Source: Acidobacteriota bacterium (GTDB lineage: Bacteria > Acidobacteriota > JAAYUB01 > JAMOQF01). From it: a stretch of DNA of 53,419 nucleotides. The DNA is taken from positions 1 to 53,419 of the forward strand of contig JAMOQF010000080.1 of the NCBI GenBank assembly GCA_027064125.1, read 5' to 3'. A program made the translations under genes and the position numbers. The first letter of the stretch is position 1; each line of letters starts with the position of its first letter. Positions 18,558 through 26,900 of the stretch are shown one piece after another. The notes under the pieces were generated by a model. That model made no database searches. It had not been told where the DNA came from and saw only the letters and a list, made by a program, of their open reading frames with translations.

Positions 18558-20795
18558 ATGAATAATAAAACGCTTGATGATATCATAGAAAATTTTGAGA
18601 AATATCACAAAGGGAATGAGGGGGGAATCTATTTAATTCAAAAGGCATACGTGTATTCAGTAAAGAAGCATGGAAGTCAGGTGAGAAAAAGCGGTGAACC
18701 CTATGTAATTCATCCTATAGAAGTTGCCTATATGGTCTCTAATATGGGAATGGATGAAATAACAATAGCAGCAGCTTTTTTGCATGATGTTATAGAAGAT
18801 ACAGGTACATCAAAGGAAGAGATTGAAAATAATTTTGGAAAAGATGTATCTGATTTAGTGTTTGGACTTACAAAATTTGAAAGATCTGTTGAAAGGAGAA
18901 AGGAGAAGTCCATTTTAAGATTGAGTGATACCTTTAGTAGAGATGAAAGGGTTATGGTAATAAAACTTGTGGATAGGCTTCACAACATGAGGACACTAAG
19001 TGGAATAAAGGATGTGGAGAAGAGAAAAAGCATTGCCCTGGAAACTCAGGAAATTTTTGCCCCCTTTGCTCAAAAGTTATGTATGAGAGATATTTCCGAC
19101 GAACTTTTTGATAGATCCTTTGAAGTATGTGATTCAAAGAAATATGGTATTTTATTTTCAAAGATTTCCAATGAGAAAAAAAGGTTAAAACCCATCCTTG
19201 ATAAAATAGTTTTAGCCATTGAAAAGGTTTTAACTACAAATAATTTTAAGGCAAGGGTATTTTATGAATATAGACCTCTTTACGAAATTGGCAAAAAAAT
19301 GGAGTTGAAGGGGGAAGTGATTAGTGAAGAAAATATAAGGGATAAGGTTTTTGAATGGAGAGATCTCTTTGTTGTCAATGTAGTTGTTGAAAATATAGAA
19401 GATTGCTTCAAGACTATTTTTTACCTGCATAAGTATTTCAATTATTTACCTAAGAGTATGGAAGATCACATTAACTTGTACGATTTTGAGGGAGATAGGT
19501 ATTTAAGCACTTATTTGTTTTATTCTGGTGAATCTATTGAGAGTAAGGTCTGTTTTGAGGTTAGGATAAGAACCGAAAATATGTACAGGATCTCACGTGA
19601 AGGGGTTACCGCTTTTTATAAGTATGGAATGGAAAATTTTTCCCAGTCTGATAAAGAGTGGTTGAATACTTTAAAAGATAATATAGAGAAATTGGTACGG
19701 GAAAAGGAATATGAAGTTGTTGATAAGGTAGATGGAATTAAAGAGAGCATCAGCTCTGATTATATTTATGTGATTACTGCGGTGAAGGGGGATACCAAAC
19801 GTTTGCCTAAGGGATCATCTGTAGTTGATCTTGCGTATGCAATTAGCACAGATCTCGGAGATCACTGTGATGGTGCTATAGTTAATGGGAAAATGGTCCC
19901 AATTAGTTATGTATTGAGAGAAAATGAGAGGGTTTTGATTTTGCGTAATGAAAAAGTTAAACCCATTTACACCTGGCTCTCTTTGGTAAAAACAACAAGG
20001 GCAAAAAGGGGGATAAAAAGAGCCATAAGAAGGAATATTACCGATAGGGGAGAAGAACTTTTTCTAAAAGAATTAAAAAAGCGGGGTATAGATGAGGAGG
20101 ACTTTTCCAGATGGTTTGATGAAAAGATAAGGTTGTTGAGTGATCTTCTTGGGAAGATGAGGAATTTAAGAAATCTCTATTATATTTTGGGAGTATGTAA
20201 AAATTTTATTTTACCTATTTTAGATTTTTATGAGGGAAAGTTAAATTATGAAGAATTTAAAACCCAGATTCTTCCAGGCAGAGAAAGGGGTAGAAAAAAA
20301 CTTTTGAAAAAAGTGGTGAATTTTTTGGGAAAGGAAACAGGGGGAATAGAAGTAGATGCAGATTTTATGGAGTATTACCCCTATTGTCCAGTTTGTTCCC
20401 CCATTTATGGTGAGGATTCTGTTATAGCTTTTTCCGATGATGGAATTGAATTACATGTCAAAAAGTGCAAAAAGTATAAAGAAATAAAGGATAATTTTCC
20501 CAGTTTTTCAGTCAAGTGGCCCAATGGGTTTAAAAGAAGAATTTTTAGGTTTAAAATTTTTTTGAAGGTAAAAGATAGACAGGGACTTTTAAAAACACTT
20601 TCCAATTTAATTTCAAAGGAAAATGGAAATATTGTTGCCACAAATATAGAAGAGGAAAATGATCTATACAACATTCGGTTTGAGGTGGATGTGATGAATT
20701 TTTCCTCTTTTAGTAAAATAATAAAAGCGCTAAAAGGCCTTGAAGAAGTGGAATCCATAAGCCTTAAAAGAGGAGGAATTAAATTTTCCCAATGA
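18558..20795 (+). CDS. Long RelA/SpoT homologue (HD hydrolase, divergent synthetase-like domain, TGS, Cys motif, ACT)
   Basis: HD motifs are intact (HPIEVA, HDVIEDT, DRLHNMRT). A TGS-like region (YVITAVKGDTKRLPKGSSVVDLAYAI) and a C-terminal ACT-like region (KVKDRQGLLKTLSNLIS) are present. I prefer ATG 18558 with an upstream AGAGGGGA. The ORF is open from TTG 18516. Confidence 0.85.
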   Translation: MNNKTLDDIIENFEKYHKGNEGGIYLIQKAYVYSVKKHGSQVRKSGEPYVIHPIEVAYMVSNMGMDEITIAAAFLHDVIEDTGTSKEEIENNFGKDVSDLVFGLTKFERSVERRKEKSILRLSDTFSRDERVMVIKLVDRLHNMRTLSGIKDVEKRKSIALETQEIFAPFAQKLCMRDISDELFDRSFEVCDSKKYGILFSKISNEKKRLKPILDKIVLAIEKVLTTNNFKARVFYEYRPLYEIGKKMELKGEVISEENIRDKVFEWRDLFVVNVVVENIEDCFKTIFYLHKYFNYLPKSMEDHINLYDFEGDRYLSTYLFYSGESIESKVCFEVRIRTENMYRISREGVTAFYKYGMENFSQSDKEWLNTLKDNIEKLVREKEYEVVDKVDGIKESISSDYIYVITAVKGDTKRLPKGSSVVDLAYAISTDLGDHCDGAIVNGKMVPISYVLRENERVLILRNEKVKPIYTWLSLVKTTRAKRGIKRAIRRNITDRGEELFLKELKKRGIDEEDFSRWFDEKIRLLSDLLGKMRNLRNLYYILGVCKNFILPILDFYEGKLNYEEFKTQILPGRERGRKKLLKKVVNFLGKETGGIEVDADFMEYYPYCPVCSPIYGEDSVIAFSDDGIELHVKKCKKYKEIKDNFPSFSVKWPNGFKRRIFRFKIFLKVKDRQGLLKTLSNLISKENGNIVATNIEEENDLYNIRFEVDVMNFSSFSKIIKALKGLEEVESISLKRGGIKFSQ

Positions 20796-20857
20796 ATTAA
20801 TCCCATGGGGGTTATACAGGGGTTAAAAATTTTTCATGTCAGACAAATAAAATTTCA

Positions 20858-21170
20858 TGGTGGGGAATGTGTGAAGGTAAATTCAACCTGACACCTCTAA
20901 TTTTTACATAACATATTTCAAATTCATTTCTCAAATTCAGGTCTGACCCCACCTCTTTTTTCCCTTTTCTTTTTATCCAGATCTTGCCTGACACCTTTTT
21001 AATATCATTTTCATTTTCAGGTCTTTTTCAGGTTTGTCCCCATTTTCCATCTCTTTAATTTATTTCCAATTTGCCTACCCTAAAAACCCCCTAAAGATTT
21101 ATAGGATGAAAAAGGGATTTTCTTTAATCGCTGGATTTTGCCAGAGGATTTTGTCTTTGCCAAAATTTTA
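20858..21170. repeat. Non-coding repeat copy A (~313 bp) of a diverged direct duplication
   Basis: It shares ordered blocks with copy B. These are TGGTGGGGAATGTGTGAAGGT (20858), CCTGACAC (20887, 20987), TCTCAAATTCAGGTCTG (20929-20945), ACCCCCTAAAGATTTATAGGA (21086-21106) and a TTTGCCAGAGGATTTT...TTGCCAAAATTTT tail. An extra partial block TACCCCTTAAAGGCTTATAGAA lies at 21199-21220. Confidence 0.75.
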
Positions 21171-21355
21171 TTTGTTCTTCTGTATTACCCACCCTATATA
21201 CCCCTTAAAGGCTTATAGAAGTGAAATGGAGATGCTTAATCGTTAGTATTTTCCAGAAAACTTTATTTTTAACAAATTTTTAATTTCTTTCTTTATTTTA
21301 TTTGCTACTCTAAAAGTCATTTAAAAAATTTTTTTCTTTCTTTCCTATAAACCTC

Positions 21356-21681
21356 TGGTGGGGATTGTGTGGAGGTTATTTTTGCCTGACATTTTTTCCC
21401 AAATCCCAAATTTTCCAAACTTCAAACTTTCAAACTTTGCCTGACACTTTTTCACTTTTTGCCCAACACTCTTTCCTAAATTTCAAATCTCAATCCCAAA
21501 ATCTCAAATTGTACCTGACACCTTTTTAAACTTTTTAAAAGTTAATCTCAAATTCAGGTCTGTTCCCTTTTCCATTTATTTCCTCCCCCAAATACCCCCT
21601 AAAGGTTTATAGAAGATAAAAAGAATTTTTCTTAAATCATTTGATTTCTGCCAGAAAATTTTAAATCATTGCCAGTTTTGG
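21356..21681. repeat. Non-coding repeat copy B (~326 bp) of the same diverged direct duplication
   Basis: Its blocks follow the same order as copy A. They are TGGTGGGGATTGTGTGGAGGT (21356), CCTGACAT/CCTGACAC (21385, 21440, 21514), TCTCAAATTCAGGTCTG (21546-21562), ATACCCCCTAAAGGTTTATAGAA (21592-21614) and a TTTCTGCCAGAAAATTTT...TTGCCAGTTTTGG tail. Confidence 0.75.
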
Positions 21682-21923
21682 TTTTTTTTATTTACCTTCT
21701 AAAATGCCATTAAAAACATGGTAAAAGTTGATTAACTTAATTTTTATAAATTTTTTCCATATGCGGTTTCTCAAGTAGTTTCTTTAAATTACGTAAAACA
21801 TGGAAAATAAATTTAAAAGATATGAATTAAGCCAGATATTTGCCATGAAATTTGAACAGGAAGTTGGTAAATTAAAATCTCTTCTCTTATAATCCCTTGC
21901 AACACAAAATTTATGGTATGTCT

Positions 21924-23318
21924 CTATTCTTCTTTATCTTCAATTCCATACTGTTTTAACTTTAGTCTGAGGGTTTTTCTGTCTATTCCAAGAATTCTTG
22001 CAGCCTTTGATTTGTTGTTTTTGACTGCTTTAAGTACTTTAAGAATATACATTTTTTCTACTTCATAAAGGGGCGGAAAATTTTCTTCAGGGATGGCTAA
22101 AATTATTTCTTTTGTATTGTCTCTTTTTATAATCTCTCCATTTTTTCTAATTTTTTCAGGTATGTGTTCTACATCTATAATGTTTGTTGGAGAAAGGGTT
22201 GCAGCTGATTCAACTACATTTTCGAGTTCCCTAACATTTCCAGGCCAATCATAGTTCATAAATATGTTTAGTACTTCCTTTGTTATTTTTTTAGGTGGTA
22301 TTTTATTTTTTAGAGAATAGTTTTTAAGAAAAAAATCCACAAGAAGAGGGATATCTTCTCTTCTTTCTCTTAATGGGGGAAGATTTATTTGTACCACATT
22401 TAATCTGTAATACAAATCTTCCCTGAACTTGTTTTCCTTAACCATTTTTTCAAGGTCTTTATTTGTTGCAGAGATTATCCTCACATCAACTTTAAAGGAT
22501 TTTGTGGCTCCAAGCCTCATTATTTCCCCTTCCTGTAGAAATCTAAGGAGTTTAGTCTGCATATTTAGGGGCATTTCCCCTATTTCATCTAAAAAACAGG
22601 TTCCCCCATTTGCCGCTTCTAAGATTCCCATTTTGGGCTTTTCAGCACCTGTAAAGGCTCCTTTTTCATAACCAAATAATTCGCTTTCAAGTAAATTTTC
22701 AGGAATCGCACCACAATTTATCGCCAGGAAGGGCCAATTTCTTCTATAGGAGTTTTCATGAATGGATCTTGCCACAAGTTCCTTTCCTGTTCCGCTCTCT
22801 CCTTGAATTAAAACTGGTGTATTGCTGTTTGCAACCCTACCAATTAACTTAAATACTTCATGCATTGCTTCAGATTTTCCAATGAGTCTTCGGGTATATC
22901 CCATTGCCATATCTGGCACACTTACATTTTGTGAATGGTCAATAATTTCTTTTTTCTCCAGTGCATTTCTTACCTTTTGTCTTATTTTTTCCATTGAAAA
23001 GGGTTTTATCAGAATATCAAAGGCGCCTTCTTTAATTGCTTCGATGGTGACATGACTTTCACCAAAGGCCGTTATTACAAGAAAAAGTTGGGTTGGTTTA
23101 TATTCTCTACACTTTTTTATGAGTTCAATACCACTCATACCTCCCATTTTTACATCGGTTATAATCAGGTGAAATTTCTCTGATTTGCACCTTTCCAGAG
23201 CTTCTTCTCCACTTGATACATCGACAACTTCAAAGTTTTCTTTAAGTAGAGCTTCTTTTAAAATTTCCCTTCCTACTTCATCGTCATCTGCTATTAGTAT
23301 TCTTTTTTTTCTATTCAT
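21924..23318 (-). CDS. Sigma-54-dependent response regulator (NtrC family: REC, AAA+, Fis-type HTH)
   Basis: The REC domain contains the phospho-acceptor context LIITDVKM. The AAA+ domain has Walker A GESGTGKE and the sigma-54 contact loop GAFTGA. The C-terminal HTH is KSKAARILGIDRKTLRLKLKQYGI. No histidine kinase is adjacent. Confidence 0.92.
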   Translation of the reverse strand: MNRKKRILIADDDEVGREILKEALLKENFEVVDVSSGEEALERCKSEKFHLIITDVKMGGMSGIELIKKCREYKPTQLFLVITAFGESHVTIEAIKEGAFDILIKPFSMEKIRQKVRNALEKKEIIDHSQNVSVPDMAMGYTRRLIGKSEAMHEVFKLIGRVANSNTPVLIQGESGTGKELVARSIHENSYRRNWPFLAINCGAIPENLLESELFGYEKGAFTGAEKPKMGILEAANGGTCFLDEIGEMPLNMQTKLLRFLQEGEIMRLGATKSFKVDVRIISATNKDLEKMVKENKFREDLYYRLNVVQINLPPLRERREDIPLLVDFFLKNYSLKNKIPPKKITKEVLNIFMNYDWPGNVRELENVVESAATLSPTNIIDVEHIPEKIRKNGEIIKRDNTKEIILAIPEENFPPLYEVEKMYILKVLKAVKNNKSKAARILGIDRKTLRLKLKQYGIEDKEE

Positions 23319-23367
23319 TTTTAAACTCCACGGTTATTGTAAAATTATAACAGATATACTTTTTCTT

Positions 23368-23388
23368 TGTGGAGAAAAAATCTCCACA
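23368..23388. promoter_or_regulatory. Perfect palindrome TGTGGAGA-N5-TCTCCACA, candidate enhancer (UAS) or operator site
   Basis: It has 8-bp perfect inverted arms separated by AAAAA. It lies in the divergent spacer, about 50 bp upstream of the activator gene start and about 48 bp upstream of the -24 element of the dnaK promoter. Confidence 0.45.
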
Positions 23389-23424
23389 TGGAACATTTTT
23401 CAACCGAAAAATAGTGAAATTTTC

Positions 23425-23440
23425 TGGCATATTTTTTGCT
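23425..23440 (+). promoter_or_regulatory. Sigma-54 (-24/-12) promoter upstream of dnaK
   Basis: TGGCATATTTTTTGCT matches the TGGCAC-N5-TTGCW consensus. GG (23426-27) and GC (23438-39) are exactly 12 nt apart. It is oriented toward dnaK, 36 nt upstream of its ATG, and lies next to a sigma-54 activator gene. Confidence 0.65.
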
Positions 23441-23475
23441 TTATAACTTTATGAAAGTTATTTGAGGAGGAAAAA

Positions 23476-25422
23476 ATGGGAAAAATAATAGGAATAGACC
23501 TGGGTACAACAAACTCAGTTGTGGCTGTTATGGAAGGAGGAAATCCTGTAGTTATCCCCAATGAAGAGGGTGCCAGGACAACTCCTTCTGTGGTGGCGTT
23601 TACAAAGGATAATGAGAGACTTGTGGGACAAATTGCAAAGAGACAGGCAATAACAAATCCTGAAAATACAATATTTTCAATAAAGAGATTTATGGGAAGG
23701 AAATTTGCAGAAGTGGGGCAGGAGATGAAACTTGTTCCCTATAAGATTGTTTCCGGTCCCAATGGAGATGTGAGAGTTGATATAAAGGGAAAACTCTATT
23801 CACCACCAGAGATTTCTGCCATGATTTTGCAGAAACTTAAAAAAGCCGCTGAAAATTATCTTGGGGAAAAAATAACAGATGCGGTAATTACAGTTCCAGC
23901 ATATTTTAATGATTCCCAGAGACAGGCAACCAAGGAAGCGGGACAGATTGCTGGATTGAATGTTAGAAGAATTATAAATGAGCCTACAGCAGCTGCTCTT
24001 GCCTATGGACTTGATAAGAAAAAAGATGAAAAGATAGCAGTCTTTGATTTTGGAGGGGGAACATTTGACATAAGTATTTTGGAAGTTGGAGAAGGGGTTG
24101 TTGAGGTGAAGTCCACAAATGGAGATACCCATCTTGGTGGAGATAATATTGACCAGAGGATTATGGAATGGCTTATTGAAGAATTCAAAAAGGAACAGGG
24201 AATAGATCTTTCAAATGACAGGATGGCACTTCAGAGACTTAAGGAAGCTGCGGAAAAGGCAAAGATAGAACTTTCTACAATGATGGAAACAGAGATTAAT
24301 CTACCGTTTATTACTGCTGATTCTGCTGGTCCTAAGCACTTAAATATAAAGTTAACCAGATCCAAATTGGAGCAGATGATTGAGGATATATTGCAAAGGA
24401 CAATAGAACCATGTAAGAGGGCCCTTGAAGATGCTAAATTATCTCCATCAGATATTGACGAGGTGGTGCTTGTGGGTGGCTCCACGAGGATTCCCAGAGT
24501 GCAACAACTTGTTAAAGAATTTTTTGGAAAGGAACCATGTAAAGGAGTAAATCCCGATGAAGTGGTTGCCGTTGGTGCTGCCATTCAAGGTGGAGTTTTA
24601 GGTGGAGAGGTAAAAGATGTTTTATTACTTGATGTAACGCCACTTTCCCTTGGAATAGAGACGTTGGGGGGAGTTTTTACAAAACTTATTGAGAGAAATA
24701 CCACAATACCTACCAAGAAAACTGAAATTTTTACAACAGCTGAGGACAACCAATCTACGGTTGAAATACATGTTCTTCAGGGGGAGAGACCTCTTGCAAA
24801 GGACAACAAAAGTCTTGGAAGATTTCATCTAACTGGGATACCGCCAGCCCCAAGAGGTGTTCCACAGATTGAAGTCACCTTTGATATAGATGCAAATGGT
24901 ATATTAAATGTTTCTGCAAGGGATAAAGCAACTGGAAAAGAACAGAAAATAACCATTACTTCTTCTAGTGGACTTACAGAAGAGGAGATCAAAAGGATGA
25001 TGGAAGAGGCAAAGAAGTATGAAGAAGAGGATAAAAAGAGGAAGGAAGCCATTGAGATTAGAAATATTGTGGATGGACTTGCCTATAATCTTGAAAAATT
25101 GATTAAAGAAAAGAGAAATGATATAAATCCATCATATGTTTCTGAGGCTGAGCAATTGATAAATGAAGCGAAAGAAAAAATTAAGAGTGATGTTCTGGAT
25201 AAGGCAATTTATGAAGGCTTGAAGAGTAAATTGGAGGCAATATCTCAGAAAATAGCCACTGAACTCTATCAGAAAACTGGTGGTGGATCTCAGGGTGGTC
25301 CAACAGGTGGAGCAGGCTTTAATACCTCTGGTGAAGGTACTTCTTCAGGTGGCGGTGGCAGTGAATCACAAAAGGGTGGAGATGATGATGTAATTGATGC
25401 TGAATATAGGGAGATTAATTAG
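23476..25422 (+). CDS. dnaK: Molecular chaperone DnaK (Hsp70)
   Basis: The N-terminus [17 protein letters not shown] is unmistakably Hsp70, with further motifs DFGGGTFD and [10 protein letters not shown]. It has a Gly-rich tail ending [13 protein letters not shown] and a GAGGAGG RBS. No grpE or dnaJ is adjacent. Confidence 0.98.
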   Translation: MGKIIGIDLGTTNSVVAVMEGGNPVVIPNEEGARTTPSVVAFTKDNERLVGQIAKRQAITNPENTIFSIKRFMGRKFAEVGQEMKLVPYKIVSGPNGDVRVDIKGKLYSPPEISAMILQKLKKAAENYLGEKITDAVITVPAYFNDSQRQATKEAGQIAGLNVRRIINEPTAAALAYGLDKKKDEKIAVFDFGGGTFDISILEVGEGVVEVKSTNGDTHLGGDNIDQRIMEWLIEEFKKEQGIDLSNDRMALQRLKEAAEKAKIELSTMMETEINLPFITADSAGPKHLNIKLTRSKLEQMIEDILQRTIEPCKRALEDAKLSPSDIDEVVLVGGSTRIPRVQQLVKEFFGKEPCKGVNPDEVVAVGAAIQGGVLGGEVKDVLLLDVTPLSLGIETLGGVFTKLIERNTTIPTKKTEIFTTAEDNQSTVEIHVLQGERPLAKDNKSLGRFHLTGIPPAPRGVPQIEVTFDIDANGILNVSARDKATGKEQKITITSSSGLTEEEIKRMMEEAKKYEEEDKKRKEAIEIRNIVDGLAYNLEKLIKEKRNDINPSYVSEAEQLINEAKEKIKSDVLDKAIYEGLKSKLEAISQKIATELYQKTGGGSQGGPTGGAGFNTSGEGTSSGGGGSESQKGGDDDVIDAEYREIN

Positions 25423-25454
25423 GGATTGATAACAAAATTGAAAAGGATAATGTC

Positions 25455-25481
25455 GGGAGAGTTTTATACTCTCCCTTTTTT
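25455..25481 (+). terminator. Rho-independent terminator after dnaK
   Basis: The stem pairs GGGAGAGT with ACTCTCCC around a 5-nt loop and is followed by TTTTTT. Confidence 0.8.
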
Positions 25482-25524
25482 GATTTTTATGATATAATTC
25501 TCTAAGAAGATAAGGAGAATTGAT

Positions 25525-26883
25525 ATGAATAAAAGAAAGTTGTTTTTTTACCTTGTAATTTTTGTGCTTTCTTCATTTGTGTTTTCGGGAACCATAAAAA
25601 TTTCTGCACTTGTGGATGGTTCTGATTACATAAAAATAAAGGGAAATAATATATGGGTGGAGCACAGGAATTTTGATCCAATTAAGGACCTCAAGTATAA
25701 ATTTGATCCTCCTGAAGGACTGCCAGATAGAACTGTAAATGTGAAATTAAAAAAAGAGAAGGGAACTGGATCTATTACCATTGTAGATAAACCCAGTAGA
25801 GATAATAACTATACTTTGACAATTCTGGTTGACAATGACAATGAAGAAGTCTATCCGCAACTTTACAAGTTTACGGTTTACTGGAAAGAGGTATCCTCTA
25901 TATATTCTGGCTTTGATAAAGATAAATATGACTATGTTCACTGGAGAGGTAGTGTAGATGGTAGAGATATATTAATTTTTAATGGCAGGAGTGTTGAGAT
26001 AAAGAGAGAACGCGGAAAAGAAGTGGAAAATGTGAGGTATTCTTTTTCAAATAGGATTCCCCGAAAGAGAATAAATGTATATCTCAAGAAAGTAGATGGA
26101 AGGGGAAATGTAGAAGTAATTGAGAATCCAAGTTATGAAAATAATTATTCAATAAAGGTACTTGTTGATGATGGCCCATATAGTGGCAGGGATGTGTATG
26201 ATTTTTATGTCTATTGGGAAAAGGATAGATATTCAAATGAAGATTATGATTTTGTATGGGAAGGAAAGGTTGATGGAGCAGATTATATAATAGTTAGAGG
26301 TAGCCGTGTTTTTGTAAAGCATTTAAGGGCTAAACCCATTAGAGATATGCACTATAAGTTTTACTCCTATCTACCCGAGAAACCGCAGGATGTGGAGTTG
26401 ATTGTTTTAAGAGGTAGGGGTAAGGTTAAAATAGTTGAGCAACCATCTTTTTTGAACAGATATGGAGTAAAAATTCTAATTGATGATAGCAAAGGTGGAG
26501 ATTACAGATATAAAATTGCCCTTAGATGGGAAGGTGGTAAGAGTATTTCTAAGTATAAGACCCCATCTGTTGTTAAAAAGAAATCTGTAAATGGTGGAGT
26601 TATTAGATGGCGGGGATATGTGGATGGCGTTGTGGAACTGAGGTTTAGAAGGAATTCAGTTGTTGCGGGAGTAATTAGAGGAAGAAAGTTGAAAAATGTG
26701 AAAACTTCATTTTTTAAATCTCTACCCCGTAAAAAGGTAAAAGTGAGCCTAAACAAAATAAGTGGTAGGGGAAGGGTTGAGATCCTTCAGCAGCCAACAA
26801 AGTACAATGACTATTCTGTTGTTGTAAGGATTATTGATGATAAAAAGGGTATGGGATTATATGAATTTGAACTATATTGGTAG
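25525..26883 (+). CDS. Secreted protein built from four tandem ~95-100-aa repeats, unknown function
   Basis: It has an N-terminal signal-like hydrophobic segment. Four homologous modules span about aa 23-120, 135-231, 241-335 and 358-452. They share the pattern W-x-G-x-VDG-x-D...Y-x-F...LP...GRG-x-V-x-I...P...N-Y...IDD...Y-x-F-x-(V/L)-(Y/R)-W. Confidence 0.8.
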   Translation: MNKRKLFFYLVIFVLSSFVFSGTIKISALVDGSDYIKIKGNNIWVEHRNFDPIKDLKYKFDPPEGLPDRTVNVKLKKEKGTGSITIVDKPSRDNNYTLTILVDNDNEEVYPQLYKFTVYWKEVSSIYSGFDKDKYDYVHWRGSVDGRDILIFNGRSVEIKRERGKEVENVRYSFSNRIPRKRINVYLKKVDGRGNVEVIENPSYENNYSIKVLVDDGPYSGRDVYDFYVYWEKDRYSNEDYDFVWEGKVDGADYIIVRGSRVFVKHLRAKPIRDMHYKFYSYLPEKPQDVELIVLRGRGKVKIVEQPSFLNRYGVKILIDDSKGGDYRYKIALRWEGGKSISKYKTPSVVKKKSVNGGVIRWRGYVDGVVELRFRRNSVVAGVIRGRKLKNVKTSFFKSLPRKKVKVSLNKISGRGRVEILQQPTKYNDYSVVVRIIDDKKGMGLYEFELYW

Positions 26884-26900
26884 TAAAATGGAGGTTAACT

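Noticed and set aside
21034-21246. A 70-aa ORF inside the repeat island.
   Set aside because: It starts at TTG with no RBS and has low-complexity, repeat-derived sequence. The homologous stretch in repeat copy B is interrupted by a stop codon, so the frame is not conserved between copies.
20796-21923. A possible degenerate CRISPR array, given the recurring CCTGACAC-plus-T-run motif.
   Set aside because: The conserved core is only 8-17 bp. Spacing is irregular (100, 398, 55 and 74 bp between successive cores). The flanks do not form 25-40-bp repeats, and no cas genes or leader-like organisation are present. The pattern is better explained as two diverged ~320-bp direct copies.
20796-21923. 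A possible replication origin, since this is a long AT-rich non-coding region.
   Set aside because: I found only one near-consensus DnaA box (TTATCCAGA at 20973-20981). The other TTTTCCA-type strings are weak matches expected in AT-rich DNA. No dnaA, dnaN or gidA lies nearby. I cannot compute GC skew from one window.
23319-23475. A CIRCE/HrcA, HAIR/HspR or sigma-32-type heat-shock control element upstream of dnaK.
   Set aside because: I found no TTAGCACTC-N9-GAGTGCTAA-like repeat or CTTGAGT-N7-ACTCAAG-like repeat by eye. The recognisable signal is the sigma-54 -24/-12 element instead.
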